In this document: one piece after another, positions 37,971-49,638 of the stretch
Position numbering within the stretch: the stretch's first letter is position 1
Layout of the letters: each line of letters starts with the position of its first letter
Source of the DNA: Amphiscolops sp. MND2022
Lineage: Eukaryota
Length of the DNA stretch: 64,000 nt
Reading direction: 5' to 3'
NCBI GenBank assembly: GCA_964187785.1
Contig: OZ076412.1
Location: 57,722,001-57,786,000 of the forward strand
Position numbers and translations under genes: made by a program
Notes under the pieces: generated by a model
The model's database searches: none
Seen by the model: only the letters and a program-made list of their open reading frames with translations
What the model was told of the DNA's origin: nothing

Positions 37971-40900
37971 ATGAGCTTGAAAAGAGAAGTATTCGCTCTT
38001 TTGGAAAGTGGAGAGGCTGTAGAAATTTTCACTTTGACTACCGAGTCAATCAGCGTTTCTCTTATCACTTTTGGTGCCTGCATAACTAATTTTGAGTTGC
38101 TTTCAAAGAATTTAGACGTCGCGCTCGCTTACCGATCTGAAGCTTTAGATGGATATGTTGAAAATCCATACAAAGTTGGTGCAACAGTCGGAAGAGTTGC
38201 TAATCGAATCCGGAATGGACAGTTTCAAGTGGACGGTAAAACTTATAAAGTCGATAAAAATTTACAAGGAAAACACTCACATCACGGTGGGCATAAATGT
38301 TTCTCACACTACAATTGGAAAGTAAAAGAGGATGCTTTGACCGACAATTCTGTGACTTTCTTTCACATCAGCCCTGATGGTGATATGGGATACCCTGGCG
38401 AAGTGAACATTGAAGCTACGTATTCAGTGAGAGTAAGTATTCAGTGGTATATCCAAGTTATATACATGACATTCCTAAGGAGAACTTTCCATTGTTGCAT
38501 ATTATATCAAACTTTGAATCACGAATCTCATACCTTTGCTTGTTTCATTTTCGTTCTAATTGTTGTTTAAGAATTAACATCCGAAGCACCAACGAGCCAC
38601 AAAACGTATCTTCAAGTCAGGACTCGTTAACGAGCGAAGTCGATGACCTCGACAATGCTAATCCAGATCCACAACTTCGAACCAGATACGTCCTTGAGTA
38701 AATTTCGTAAAGAACCACAACTGTTTGATGAGTTGAGTACATTGATAAGTCCTCCTACGGCGACGCCCCGAGCAGGTCGACAAAAAAACCAGCACCCTCT
38801 GAGCGTCACTCTCAGTCGCATCCTCGATGCCCCATCCTCAGTTCACTGAATTTCGTAACATTGCAAGCGCTAAGTCATAATTTCCAAAAATTTTGAGCAT
38901 TCCCGGATGTGAACGACTGATAGCAAGTCAAACAGCGACGGTGGTACCTTTGTCGCCTCAGACAACTCGCTTCCTACCACAGCCGATCAGAAGATCTACA
39001 AAATCTCAGGAGCTCATAACTCCCCATTTTTGAAGAAATTACCGGTCGGAAAATTACTTCACAAGGTTCCTCACTGGAGCTCCCTTTCGGCTCTTGCAAC
39101 TCCCTTACGGATGACCTTTCAAAAGGATACTTGTTTTCCTGCCGTAACAAAAGCTTTGGTATGCTATTTCAAAACGCCTTTTCTGGCGACTACGCTCTGA
39201 AGCTATACTTTCGCCTCAAAAACTTCATGCAAAAGCAGTTCGGGAACACTTTATTCTCCGCCTCCTTTCTCCCTCTGTCTCTTGGAGCAACGGGGTCAAT
39301 CAGAAGGCATTTGCCGCTTCAGCCTCGCCTTGAAAGAGGCATATCGGCTGGAAAAGTCTCCAAAATCTGGCGTTTACTTGCATGAAATCGGTGATGAAAT
39401 CAACGTTGAGCACTGGTTCACAGTTAAACATCCCATACTCTGTAGAATATACTGCTTGACATAGGAAGGCTTTACCTTGGAGACAGCTGTTTTGCCCATG
39501 CACATACCTTAGGCTCTCCCTCCGTCGGAGTATTGCCAAAACAGAATGTCCAAGCCAAGGTACATTGCCATCCCTAACATCTACGGATGACATTGAAATT
39601 GTAACATCAAGATTTGTTTGCACATGTGAGCAAATAGTGTCACACTAATGCTACTTCCTAACTCATTTCATCCCATTACAAATTTCAAATTCGTTGGGTT
39701 CATACTGCACCTCTTTCCTGCAAAGCTCATGACACGTCCAGCTGCTTTACGGAGCTGTTTACAGTCAGTTTTGGGACGAGTACGATCTGAAAAAAAAATA
39801 TTCAAACTTCGCTTCAACAGTACAAATTACTTTTTTTAAGTCTACCAATGCGCAACCAGGTACCGACCTGACTTCTTACACACACGATGATAGTATGATA
39901 GTATATTGTGGAGAAGAGACAATCCACTGCGACCACAGCATTGTCAGACTTCACTTCACTTGAATGTCCATAGGTTGACAGGCCACTATTACGCCTTCTC
40001 TACTTTCAAACCCGGTCATTAATTTGAACGTAGAATCAAGTTATTGGCACCACCTTTTTCTTTGTGCAGCGGGAAGCCAGTAAATTTCTGTGAATGAAGG
40101 CGATCATCCTTTTCCCAAAAGCACTCGGGAGATCCGCGCAAAAACCTCAACACATGTAGAATTAACTTTTGTTCACGTCCTTTAAAAACAAGGTACAAGA
40201 ACTAACTCTTTAATAGCGATGTCGCATCCGCCTGTAACCTCGAGGAGGACGTATCCCTCATCCATAGTGCTTTCCGCATCTGTGTTTTGTTTAATATATG
40301 CTCGCCCTGTTCGTTGATTTGTTCCATCCTTGAAACCATCAACTTTTCCGAGGAAATACAAGGAGCCATCGTTTTTAGATTGATTTAGGTGGAGCCTGTT
40401 CTTGAGATTGACGTATTTTTGAAAATCTTTTCTGAAAGGCTTCCAACAATTCGCCTCGCGATTAATTAAAAGGCTTGCGATCTATTCCTTTTAATAGCAG
40501 TCAAAATTTTAACCAACAGTTTCTGCCTTAAACGCTCAAGTGTTTGTTTGCAAATCAGACCAGGGGGTCCCCTGGTTTTCTCTGGGCACGTGGAAAAAGA
40601 ATTAAGTCTATTTTAAGCCTAAAATAATGGGTTCCAAACGTCTCCCTTTCCAATCTTTGACATCTCTAACCATCTCTCTATCCTCCTTGTTTTTTTTTCG
40701 GTCGGCACTGTGTGACTTTTATTTTGCTTCAGTGGAGAGTATGGTCTCCCTTTTTGTTTTGATGTTTTGAATTATTATAACGTGTTTTTCGAGTCCAGGG
40801 GTTTTTAGAGCCTTTTATGGTTATTTCGCCACGCTGTGACTTCGAATCAAAAATATTCACTAAAAGAAGTTATTCATTATTACCTCCGATTTTTTTAGTC

Positions 40901-43745
40901 AGCGTTTTCGAAGAGAATCTCGACTCTTACAGTGGCTAGTTTTTTTTTCGTCAGTTCAACGCGTAACGTCCACTTTTTGTGCATTAATGCAATTAATGCA
41001 CATTTACCAACTTTTACCATATGTACTTAGTACTTCATTTTCAACGCATCCAAAGCGTCTAACATGAGATAAAAAGCGTCCCCCTTTTACATTTTCCGGC
41101 ACTATGCGACTTACCGGAAACTTCGAAAAAAAATCGGAATTTTTTCTCAATTTTTAGTTTTTTGAGAGCTTTTGTTGTCTCCAGTTGTAGAAAAAGTGGT
41201 TTTCGAGTCTTTTTGAGCCTTAGATATGGCGCCGACTTGGGCCGTTCCCGGCTTGTTTATGTTTAGTCAGGGAAACTCTTTGTTTGTTCCTGAAAGGTCT
41301 CCCTTTTAGTTTTTCAACTTTTTCGAAATAGTTTCGAACCATATAGTCCCCCAAGACAGAAATTCGCATTTAACTAGTTTTTTTTTCAAATTGAGCAATC
41401 ATGTCACCGTTTTTGCGTATAAAGTTTTTTTTCGATGACGCTTGTACCATCCTGGAAACTTCGAAATGCAAATATTCATTTCGATTTTAGACGCTCACCC
41501 ATGCACTATTGTAGGAGTGCAAGCGATTGGTTTAAGATGGGAAACGCTTCCCTCGGATTTTGACGTTTTGCGAACTCTTGTGTTCGAAATTAAGGGAGTA
41601 GTAGGACCTTCCCCTCTTTGTTATTTTAAAATTTATGCACCACATCAAATTTTCGGATAGGTTTTTTCCAGAGGTCTTAATGTTTTTAACAACCATTTTC
41701 GAACTTAGGGTGAAGAATTAGTTGTGGAATATAGAGCTACTTGTGACGCTCCAACGCCGATCAACATAACGAATCATTGCTATTTCAATCTGGCAGGACA
41801 CAGTGCGGGAAAGTCGGAGCTGAAAGACCACGTGTTCCAAATTTATGCTGATGAGTTTCTAACCACAGACGAAGACACTTTGCCAGTGGCGAAAGAAAAG
41901 GTCGATGGAACTGTTATGAATCTTCGCCACCCCAAACGTTTGGGCGATGTTTTGGACAGCGGTTGTTAAATTTGGTAAAGTTAAGACACTAGCCGACAGT
42001 GTTGTAAAGAAAACTCCTGAATAAGATTTTCAGACAATATTACATAGCATAGCTTTTTCTCGAAATATTAACTTGATGTCTCTGAAATCAAGAAACCAGT
42101 ACCAATAATCGAAAAAACTGCAGATTTTCGGTTTTTCCCGTTTCCGTTTGTGGCCACTTTATCCCATTCGAGTCAAAGTTATATCGCAGCGACACCAATT
42201 TTTTGGATGGTTTGGTAAATTTCCTCGTCCATTTTGGGTTTAAAATAAAATTAAGCGTTATTATTAAACAGGCTGGGACCAGCTTCAGTCGGGGTTCCGC
42301 TAAAGGTTCAAAAAGATCAAAATGTTTGGAATATTTGAGGGACTACTACTGTTAATTTTTTCAATTATCATAGTGCCGAAAAATATCCAAAAGGTTAGTA
42401 CATTTGGGACTCGTTAAATGTTGTTTTTCTAAACCGGAAAAAACTGAAGGCTTACCGTTTGATGAAATAGAAGTTTTTCAAAAAGTTGCACAGCGCTGAA
42501 AAAACCAAATGGGGGACACTTGAGTCTCCTTTACTTTTGCGAAAATCAGAAAACAATAACCATTCTCGGATTCAAACTCACGCTCTCTTGCTTTATACCT
42601 ACGCACTCATCCAGCGCACCAAGTGGTCGTGTCGTTCTGAAGTTGTACTGGCAGCACCTTTTAGAAATGTTTATTGGCTGAAAAAGCCACAACTATAGTC
42701 GGGTTTTTATCTGTTTTTATCAAGTGTTTATCTGTTTGAGTTGAATTTAAACAACCTGGTTCTGGGCTAAGTGAATAATGGTATCGGCTTTGACAATTAC
42801 TACTGCTTCTCTGAATTCGGAAATGCCGAAGTTGTGCGAGCCCGGGCAACGTACAAAGACGTGACTCTGGAACTGTCGTGTAACCAACCCGGGGTGGCCT
42901 TTTACACAGGGTACTACACGGATGTGAAGGAGGGCGGCAAAGGAGGAGCCACTTATGGAAGACATGAAATGTTTGCGTTCGAGGCAAGGCTGTTAACTTG
43001 TTACTTTTTACTGCACTGCTTATGGCATAAGCTACAAAGTTATAGTCCAAGATTTGTATAATAAGGTGTGTCCAAGATTTTTAGTCAACTAAACGTACTT
43101 CAGGAATGATTTGAGAAATCTGCATGGACATAAAAAGTTAACTCAGCATATAATATTTTAACCCAAAAATGTGAAAATGAATGATTTACTTTTTGAAAAT
43201 AACTTGGAGTTGTAGAAATTTTTCTGAGCTCTCTAATATCAGCTGATTTTTTTTCAACATGCGAACAACGTTTGAATTCTAAATTGCTCAACGCTGTTTT
43301 TAAAGTATTCAAAACATACTGAAAACGTCTCCGAAAAAGTATACTTCACCCTAAAAGCTGAGATTCGACAAATGTTTTCCTGGGTATAGCGTCTTCCGGC
43401 CAGTTCGCTCGCGGCACTTCACAATGCTCATTATAATGCGAAAAGCCGGTAAAGTTGCGTTTGTTTTTAGACTGATCACGGAATTTAATTTCAAATTGTA
43501 TTCTGAGTCTGTGATTTTGTATTTTTTTCAAGTTTCAATATTTTCCGATGAAAGGCCATCGAATTTTTGAATATAAACCATCTTGTTTAATAATGTGTTG
43601 TTTTTTAATGTTTGGAAAATAACATCCTTGGTTTGAGGCCCATGGGTATCCAGACGCTGTCAATCATCCCGAGTTCCCGGACATTGTCCTTAGACCCGGA
43701 CAGGAGTACTGCAACAAGATAGTGTTCAAGTTGTATGCCAAGTAG
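37971..43745 (+). CDS. GALM: Galactose mutarotase (aldose 1-epimerase), 344 aa; exons 37971-38432, 41709-41961, 42772-42983, 43638-43745
   Basis: Exons join in frame (1035 nt). GATVGRVANRI, HGG, GYPG, NITNHCYFNLAGH, GFDN, QPGVAFYTG, FAFEAHGYPDAVNHPEFP and LRPGQEY motifs. Intron 3 is GC-AG. Confidence 0.96.
38570..40560. pseudogene. Probable decayed LTR-retrotransposon fragments in GALM intron 1
   Basis: Coding-like composition with broken ORFs (38444-38849 and 39131-39385 on +). A minus-strand stretch at about 40100-40460 resembles a degenerate pre-protease/protease region. No intact motif. Confidence 0.3.
40891..41257 (+). mobile_element. HINE/DINE-like non-autonomous Helentron-type element
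   Basis: Starts TTTTAGTCAGCG and ends GGCGCCGACT-TGG-GCCGTTCCCGGC-TTGTT (subterminal inverted repeat plus 3' stem-loop). Confidence 0.65.
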
Positions 43746-44199
43746 AAACTGATTGGTTTGGTAGACATTATCTTGGTAGAAAGTTATTCAGGTTGATTCA
43801 TCCCCTAGACGTGAAATGGGTTCATTTTGAAGTGTAGTCTCTGTGACCACAAGTTCTATTGTTTAATTAGCTGACAAATATATGGAATGAGTTTTTGGTT
43901 TGAGTTAACAAATTAATCATTTGAGTCTACACCAATCAAGAAAATAGTTGAACCGAATAATAGTTGAAGATAACCGATAAGTTAACCAGTAAGATTTCTC
44001 AATTACCAAAGATAGAATGAATAATGTTGCGATAACCTATATGATTACAATTCATGCGAACTTCCATCAAGCCCTAAATAGATTCTGTTTTTTTTTTTAA
44101 AAAAAACTCACAACCTAGAAGGGTCCAAAAATTCGTTATAAAACAACACTAGTAACATGTTTGTGTTTCTCGTGTAGAACTCGTTATATTTTTAGTCGA

Positions 44200-44400
44200 A
44201 GCTTTTCTACTGAAAAGTGCCCGACTATTACAGTGGCTAGTTTTTAGTCCGCGCTTTTCTAGTGAAAAGAGCCCGACTATTACAGTGGCTAGTTTTTAGT
44301 CCGCGCTTTTCTAGTGAAAAGTACCCGACTATTACAGTGGCTAGTTTTTAGTCGGTGCTTTTCTAGTGAAAAGAGCCCGACTATTGCAGTGGCTAGTTTT
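44200..44400. repeat. 52-bp minisatellite, about 4 copies (duplicated at about 45790-45990)
   Basis: Unit CTTTTCTAGTGAAAAGAGCCCGACTATTACAGTGGCTAGTTTTTAGTCCGCG. Confidence 0.85.
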
Positions 44401-45226
44401 TTTTCGTCAGACTACAATCTCACTCTGATTGGGCCACTTCTTACAATCGAAACTACTAAAACTACTACCATAAGTCCAAGTCCGGTCAGCGGAAATTAGT
44501 GCAAAAGGGTCCCCCCTTTCATTTTTTAGTCGGCGCCTTTTCCCTTAAGGAAAAAAGCCCGACTCTTACAGTGAGTAGTTTTTTAAATTTTTTTTCAGTT
44601 GACAATCTCACTCTGACTGGTCCACTTTTCTTACAATTTGTTCATCTTTCATATTTGTTCATCTTCGACTAAGCCGGAGAGCGTGTGTTCGATTCTCGCA
44701 CTAAACCATAAATTTTTTAATGCTTCCAAAAGTACAGGTGAGACCAAAGGGTCCCCCCTTTGGGCTTTTTTCGGCACTATGCGACTTATTTTTCGAAAAT
44801 TTTCGAATTTTATCAAAGGGTACCCCCTTGCATTTTTTTGAAGTTTTCGGTTTGTAGAAAACGTTTAATGAGCCTAAATGACCTCTTTTTAAAGTATTCA
44901 AAACATACTGAAAACGTCTCCGAAAAAGTATACTTCACCCTAAAAGCTGAGATTCGACAAATGTTTTCCTGGGTATAGCGTCTTCCGGCCAGTTCGCTCG
45001 CGGCACTTCACAATGCTCATTATAATGCGAAAAGCCGGTAAAGTTGCGTTTGTTTTTAGACTGATCACGGAATTTAATTTCAAATTGTATTCTGAGTCTG
45101 TGATTTTGTATTTTTTTCAAGTTTCAATATTTTCCGATGAAAGGCCATCGAATTTTTGAATATAAACCATCTTGTTTAATAATGTGTTGTTTTTTAATGT
45201 TTGGAAAATAACATCCTTGGTTTGAG

Positions 45227-45334
45227 GCCCATGGGTATCCAGACGCTGTCAATCATCCCGAGTTCCCGGACATTGTCCTTAGACCCGGACAGGAGTACTG
45301 CAACAAGATAGTGTTCAAGTTGTATGCCAAGTAG
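45227..45334 (+). CDS. GALM: Duplicate GALM terminal exon (AHGYPDAVNHPEFPDIVLRPGQEYCNKIVFKLYAK*)
   Basis: Identical to 43638-43745, with the same upstream acceptor context. Confidence 0.75.
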   Translation, partial: AHGYPDAVNHPEFPDIVLRPGQEYCNKIVFKLYAK

Positions 45335-46111
45335 AAACTGATTGGTTTGGTAGACATTATCTTGGTAGAAAGTTATTCAGGTTGATTCATCCCCTAGACG
45401 TGAAATGGGTTCATTTTGAAGTGTAGTCTCTGTGACCACAAGTTCTATTGTTTAATTAGCTGACAAATATATGGAATGAGTTTTTGGTTTGAGTTAACAA
45501 ATTAATCATTTGAGTCTACACCAATCAAGAAAATAGTTGAACCGAATAATAGTTGAAGATAACCGATAAGTTAACCAGTAAGATTTCTCAATTACCAAAG
45601 ATAGAATGAATAATGTTGCGATAACCTATATGATTACAATTCATGCGAACTTCCATCAAGCCCTAAATAGATTCTGTTTTTTTTTTTTAAAAAAAACTCA
45701 CAACCTAGAAGGGTCCAAAAATTCGTTATAAAACAACACTAGTAACATGTTTGTGTTTCTCGTGTAGAACTCGTTATATTTTTAGTCGAAGCTTTTCTAC
45801 TGAAAAGTGCCCGACTATTACAGTGGCTAGTTTTTAGTCCGCGCTTTTCTAGTGAAAAGAGCCCGACTATTACAGTGGCTAGTTTTTAGTCCGCGCTTTT
45901 CTAGTGAAAAGTACCCGACTATTACAGTGGCTAGTTTTTAGTCGGTGCTTTTCTAGTGAAAAGAGCCCGACTATTGCAGTGGCTAGTTTTTTTTCGTCAG
46001 ACTACAATCTCACTCTGATTGGGCCACTTCTTACAATCGAAACTACTAAAACTACTACCATAAGTCCAAGTCCGGTCAGCGGAAATTAGTGCAAAAGGGT
46101 CCCCCCTTTCA

Positions 46112-46602
46112 TTTTTTAGTCGGCGCCTTTTCCCTTAAGGAAAAAAGCCCGACTCTTACAGTGAGTAGTTTTTTAAATTTTTTTTCAGTTGACAATCTCA
46201 CTCTGACTGGTCCACTTTTCTTACAATTTGTTCATCTTTCATATTTGTTCATCTTCGACTAAGCCGGAGAGCGTGTGTTCGATTCTCGCACTAAACCATA
46301 AATTTTTTAATGCTTCCAAAAGTACAGGTGAGACCAAAGGGTCCCCCCTTTGGGCTTTTTTCGGCACTATGCGACTTATTTTTCGAAAATTTTCGAATTT
46401 TATCAAAGGGTACCCCCTTGCATTTTTTTGAAGTTTTCGGTTTGTAGAAAACGTTTAATGAGCCTAAATGACCTCTTTTTAGGTTTTTCGGCATTGTTCG
46501 ACTTTTTTACCAAATACTTTTTTTGAAATAATTTCCAATAGTTGTTCCTTGAATACTTTGAGCCTAAGATATGGCGCCGACTTGGGACGTTCCCGTCTTG
46601 TT
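46112..46602 (+). mobile_element. HINE/DINE-like element
   Basis: TTTTAGTCGGCGCC ... GGCGCCGACT with the variant hairpin GACG-TTCC-CGTC. Confidence 0.65.
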
Positions 46603-47448
46603 ACTTTTTTAACGTAACCTACAAACCCGGACGAGACTAAAGGGTCCCCCTTTTCGATTTTTTTTCGGCATTGTGCGACTTTTTTCGAAAATTTTTTTAT
46701 GTCTCAAAAGAGTCCCCCTTTCGAGTTTTTTGATATTTTGCAACAGAATATATGTTAATAAAGCCCAAAGGGCCCCCCTTTTACATTTTTCGGCACTATG
46801 CGACATTTTCTGAAAGAAAAAATCAAAAATTTCAAGTTTTTTTCGAAAAAAAAGTTTTGCGCTTAGATATAGCGCCGACTTTAGACGTTCCCGTCTTTTT
46901 TTTCGTCAGACTATTCACTCATCGCGTATGTACCACTTTTTGTGGATTATTCACTTTTACCAAAAGTACTCAGTACTTGATTTTGAACGCATCCAAAGGC
47001 CTCTACCTTGAAATGCAAAACCCAGAAGGGTCCCCTTCCAATTTTTCGGCGCTATGACACTTTCCCCGCCCCCTTTTCGGCTTTGTGAGACTTTTTTTCG
47101 AAATTTTTTCAAGTCTTCAAAGGCCCCCCTTCTATTTTTTTGTGTTTTGCAACTGAATGGCTGTTGAAAAAGCCTATAGGGCCCCCTTTCACATTTTTCG
47201 GCACAATGAGGCTGTTAAAAATTCTCATTTTTCATTTTTTTTTAAAAATGTTTTAATGTATCCGAAGGGTCGCTCCTTCATTTTTTTTGATGTTTTGCAA
47301 CAAACTGGATTTTCTAAAAGCCCAAAGAGTCCCCCCTTTTACAATTTTTGCACATGACGAAGTCAATGTGCATTGCAGTCCAGCTAAGAAAGTTTTTTTT
47401 CCACTATAGTCAACTTCATAATGAGCGCTTTTTAGAATAAAGCCAAAA

Positions 47449-47516
47449 CCCCAGAGAGATTCGAACCTGCAGCCTCCCGATTGCACGGCATAAGTGTTGA
47501 CCACTGTGCCATAGGG
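47449..47516 (-). mobile_element. tRNA-derived SINE head or tRNA pseudogene
   Basis: Minus strand has A box TGGCACAGTGG and B box GGTTCGAATC with tRNA-like spacing. D and anticodon stems do not pair. Confidence 0.6.
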
Positions 47517-47943
47517 ACGTTATTGAACAAAGTTGAACTGTTGAATATATACGCATGCGATTAAAATAATATATATACGCATATTAAAATAGTCGATGTC
47601 TTCGTCATGTGTTGCGAAGCACCGCTTCGCCTATGTGTAAAAACTTTGCGCTTTTTGAGCCTTGGATATAGGGTCGACTTTAGACGTTCCAGTCTTGTTT
47701 ACCCATGTGAAGGGCATCTACTATAGTCCTCGGGGCTCCAGTCCTACTTCCTCACGTCCGTTCCGTTAATCGATTACCTGGTTAACAATTTTTTAACCAA
47801 TTAACTAATCCAGGCTCTATCGATCACATTATTAGTATTTCTGCGAAAACGAATTTTATTCTCTAACATTTGTGGAATTGATAGATATACGTCTTGAAAC
47901 TTTTTGCAGTTGCAGAAATATTAATGAGCCTATAAGGAGTCGT

Positions 47944-48338
47944 TTTTTACTTGGCGCCTTTTCCCTTAAGGAAAAAAAGCCCGACTATTACAGTTGGTAG
48001 TTTTTTTTACCTGACAATCTCACTCTGTGTGGTCCACTTTTCATACAATTTTCATCTTGCATACAAGCTTGCAACGTATTTTACATCGTCTAAGAAACTC
48101 AACGGGACCAAAGGGTACTCGGATATAACGTTTTCAAAGTTCCGATATAGCGTTTTCAAAGTTTTGATGTAACGTTTTCAAAGTTATGATGTGACGTTTT
48201 CAAAGTTCGGATATAACGTTTTCAAAGTTCGGATATAACGTTTTCAAAGTTCGCATATAACGTTTTCATTTTCCCCAAAAATTTCACACAATTTGTTGAG
48301 CTTTATATATGGCGCCGACTTGGGCCGTTCCCGGCTTG
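47944..48338 (+). mobile_element. HINE/DINE-like element containing a 22-bp minisatellite (48118-48268)
   Basis: Same termini as other copies. About 7 units of CGGATATAACGTTTTCAAAGTT. Confidence 0.6.
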
Positions 48339-48783
48339 GTATACCTCCATATATACTCTCCATATTTGCAATTACTTAGGACAGTGGCCTGTAGTTTCTG
48401 CGAGATAACGAAATGAAGGTCTGACTGTTCAAGCATGAAATCTAGTGATGTAGTAGTATTTATTTGTTGACAGAGTGAAAGAAGAGCAATCCGTGTCCGA
48501 TCTGTTAAACTTGAACTATTCCATGCAAATGTCTGCAATACGCATGATCCCTCATCAAAATTAATGCACGAAACTGTGACTTAATTTCAAAGGCTCATTT
48601 TCAACTAAATTGGTACTATTCCAACTTCCGTAACATAGGTAAAGCATCGATAACTCACGTGCGAACTTGAATATGATTGGATTTGAAATCAAAAGATTCC
48701 CCTCCAACATACATAAATTATATATTTCTCCAGAAGTGTTTTATCGGTTCCCACTCGGTACTGACTGATTTTCAGATTGAGCA

Positions 48784-49638
48784 ATGCGGCAGCTGAACGA
48801 GCAAGAAATGAAAACAGTTTTGGAGAAACTGATGAAGTTCATTGGTGACAATGTGTGCAAGCTCATGGATAGAACAGATCATGCTTACTGCTTCAGATTA
48901 CACTCAGACAGAGTCTATTACGCCCGGCAGGACCTGGTTACGTGGTCCATGTATGTTCCTCGCTCCAAACTGGTCTCTGTTGGAACTTGCATAGGAAAGT
49001 TCACAAAAACCGGCAAATTTAAGCTTCTCGTAACAGCTCTTCCCATTTTGGCACCTTATGCACAACATAAAATGTGGCTCAGGTTGGGGCTGTCAAAGTT
49101 ATTGACAAACACTCATGGAAAGATGAAGTCAACTAATATAAAATTCCAAATACAGCAATCGAACCAGGTGCATCCATATATAGAAAATAGAAACGTGCCA
49201 AAAATTACAGACAGAATGATTTCGTAGTTAGACTGCAGTCCTATTTTGTTCTGTAAGATCCGCTTAAAACTAAACGTTAGTAATTTTGCAACTTTTTAAA
49301 GATCGTGAAAGTTGAGCTACCGGAAGTATTTGTTCAAGATGAAGAAAAAGTTTTCAGCAATGTTTTCATCTTTGACAACCCCTTATCTCAGGCCCAATTC
49401 GGAACAATCATTTTTGTACGGCAACCACGTGACTAAAGCTGGCTTGGGAAGGATATCTGAGAATACCCCAGCATACGCAGGTGTTGTGGTTTACTCTATG
49501 AACGAAACTCCATTAGGGTTTGGTGTAGCCGCTCGCTCAACGGCAGACTGCAGAAGAGCTCAGCCAATCACAAACGTCCTTTTGCACCAAAGTGACGTGG
49601 GAGAGTTCATCCGGTCTGAAATGGACTTGCTGTCTTGA
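48784..49638 (+). CDS. NIP7: 60S ribosome subunit biogenesis protein NIP7, 181 aa; exons 48784-49082, 49392-49638
   Basis: Joined ORF is 546 nt: [16 protein letters not shown]...[11 protein letters not shown]...[13 protein letters not shown]...HKMWLR|[42 protein letters not shown]...[10 protein letters not shown] (PUA domain). Confidence 0.97.

Larger units (their letters stand above)
43297..46480. repeat. Tandem duplication (about 1589-bp unit) containing the GALM last exon and 3' flank
   Basis: 43297-44885 is repeated at 44886-46480, essentially identical apart from homopolymer length. TTTTTA microhomology at the breakpoints. Confidence 0.93.

Noticed and set aside
38433-41708. Terminal stem in GALM intron 1
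   Set aside because: Two short helices (5 and 6 bp) expected by chance from the GTAAGT/CTTAG ends. Counted as negative.
47449-47516. Functional tRNA gene
   Set aside because: D and anticodon stems are broken. Kept only as a SINE head or pseudogene.
43100-48540. Many 60-100 aa ORFs, some duplicated
   Set aside because: They fall in minisatellites, HINE-like repeats and the tandem duplication, so they are not credible genes.
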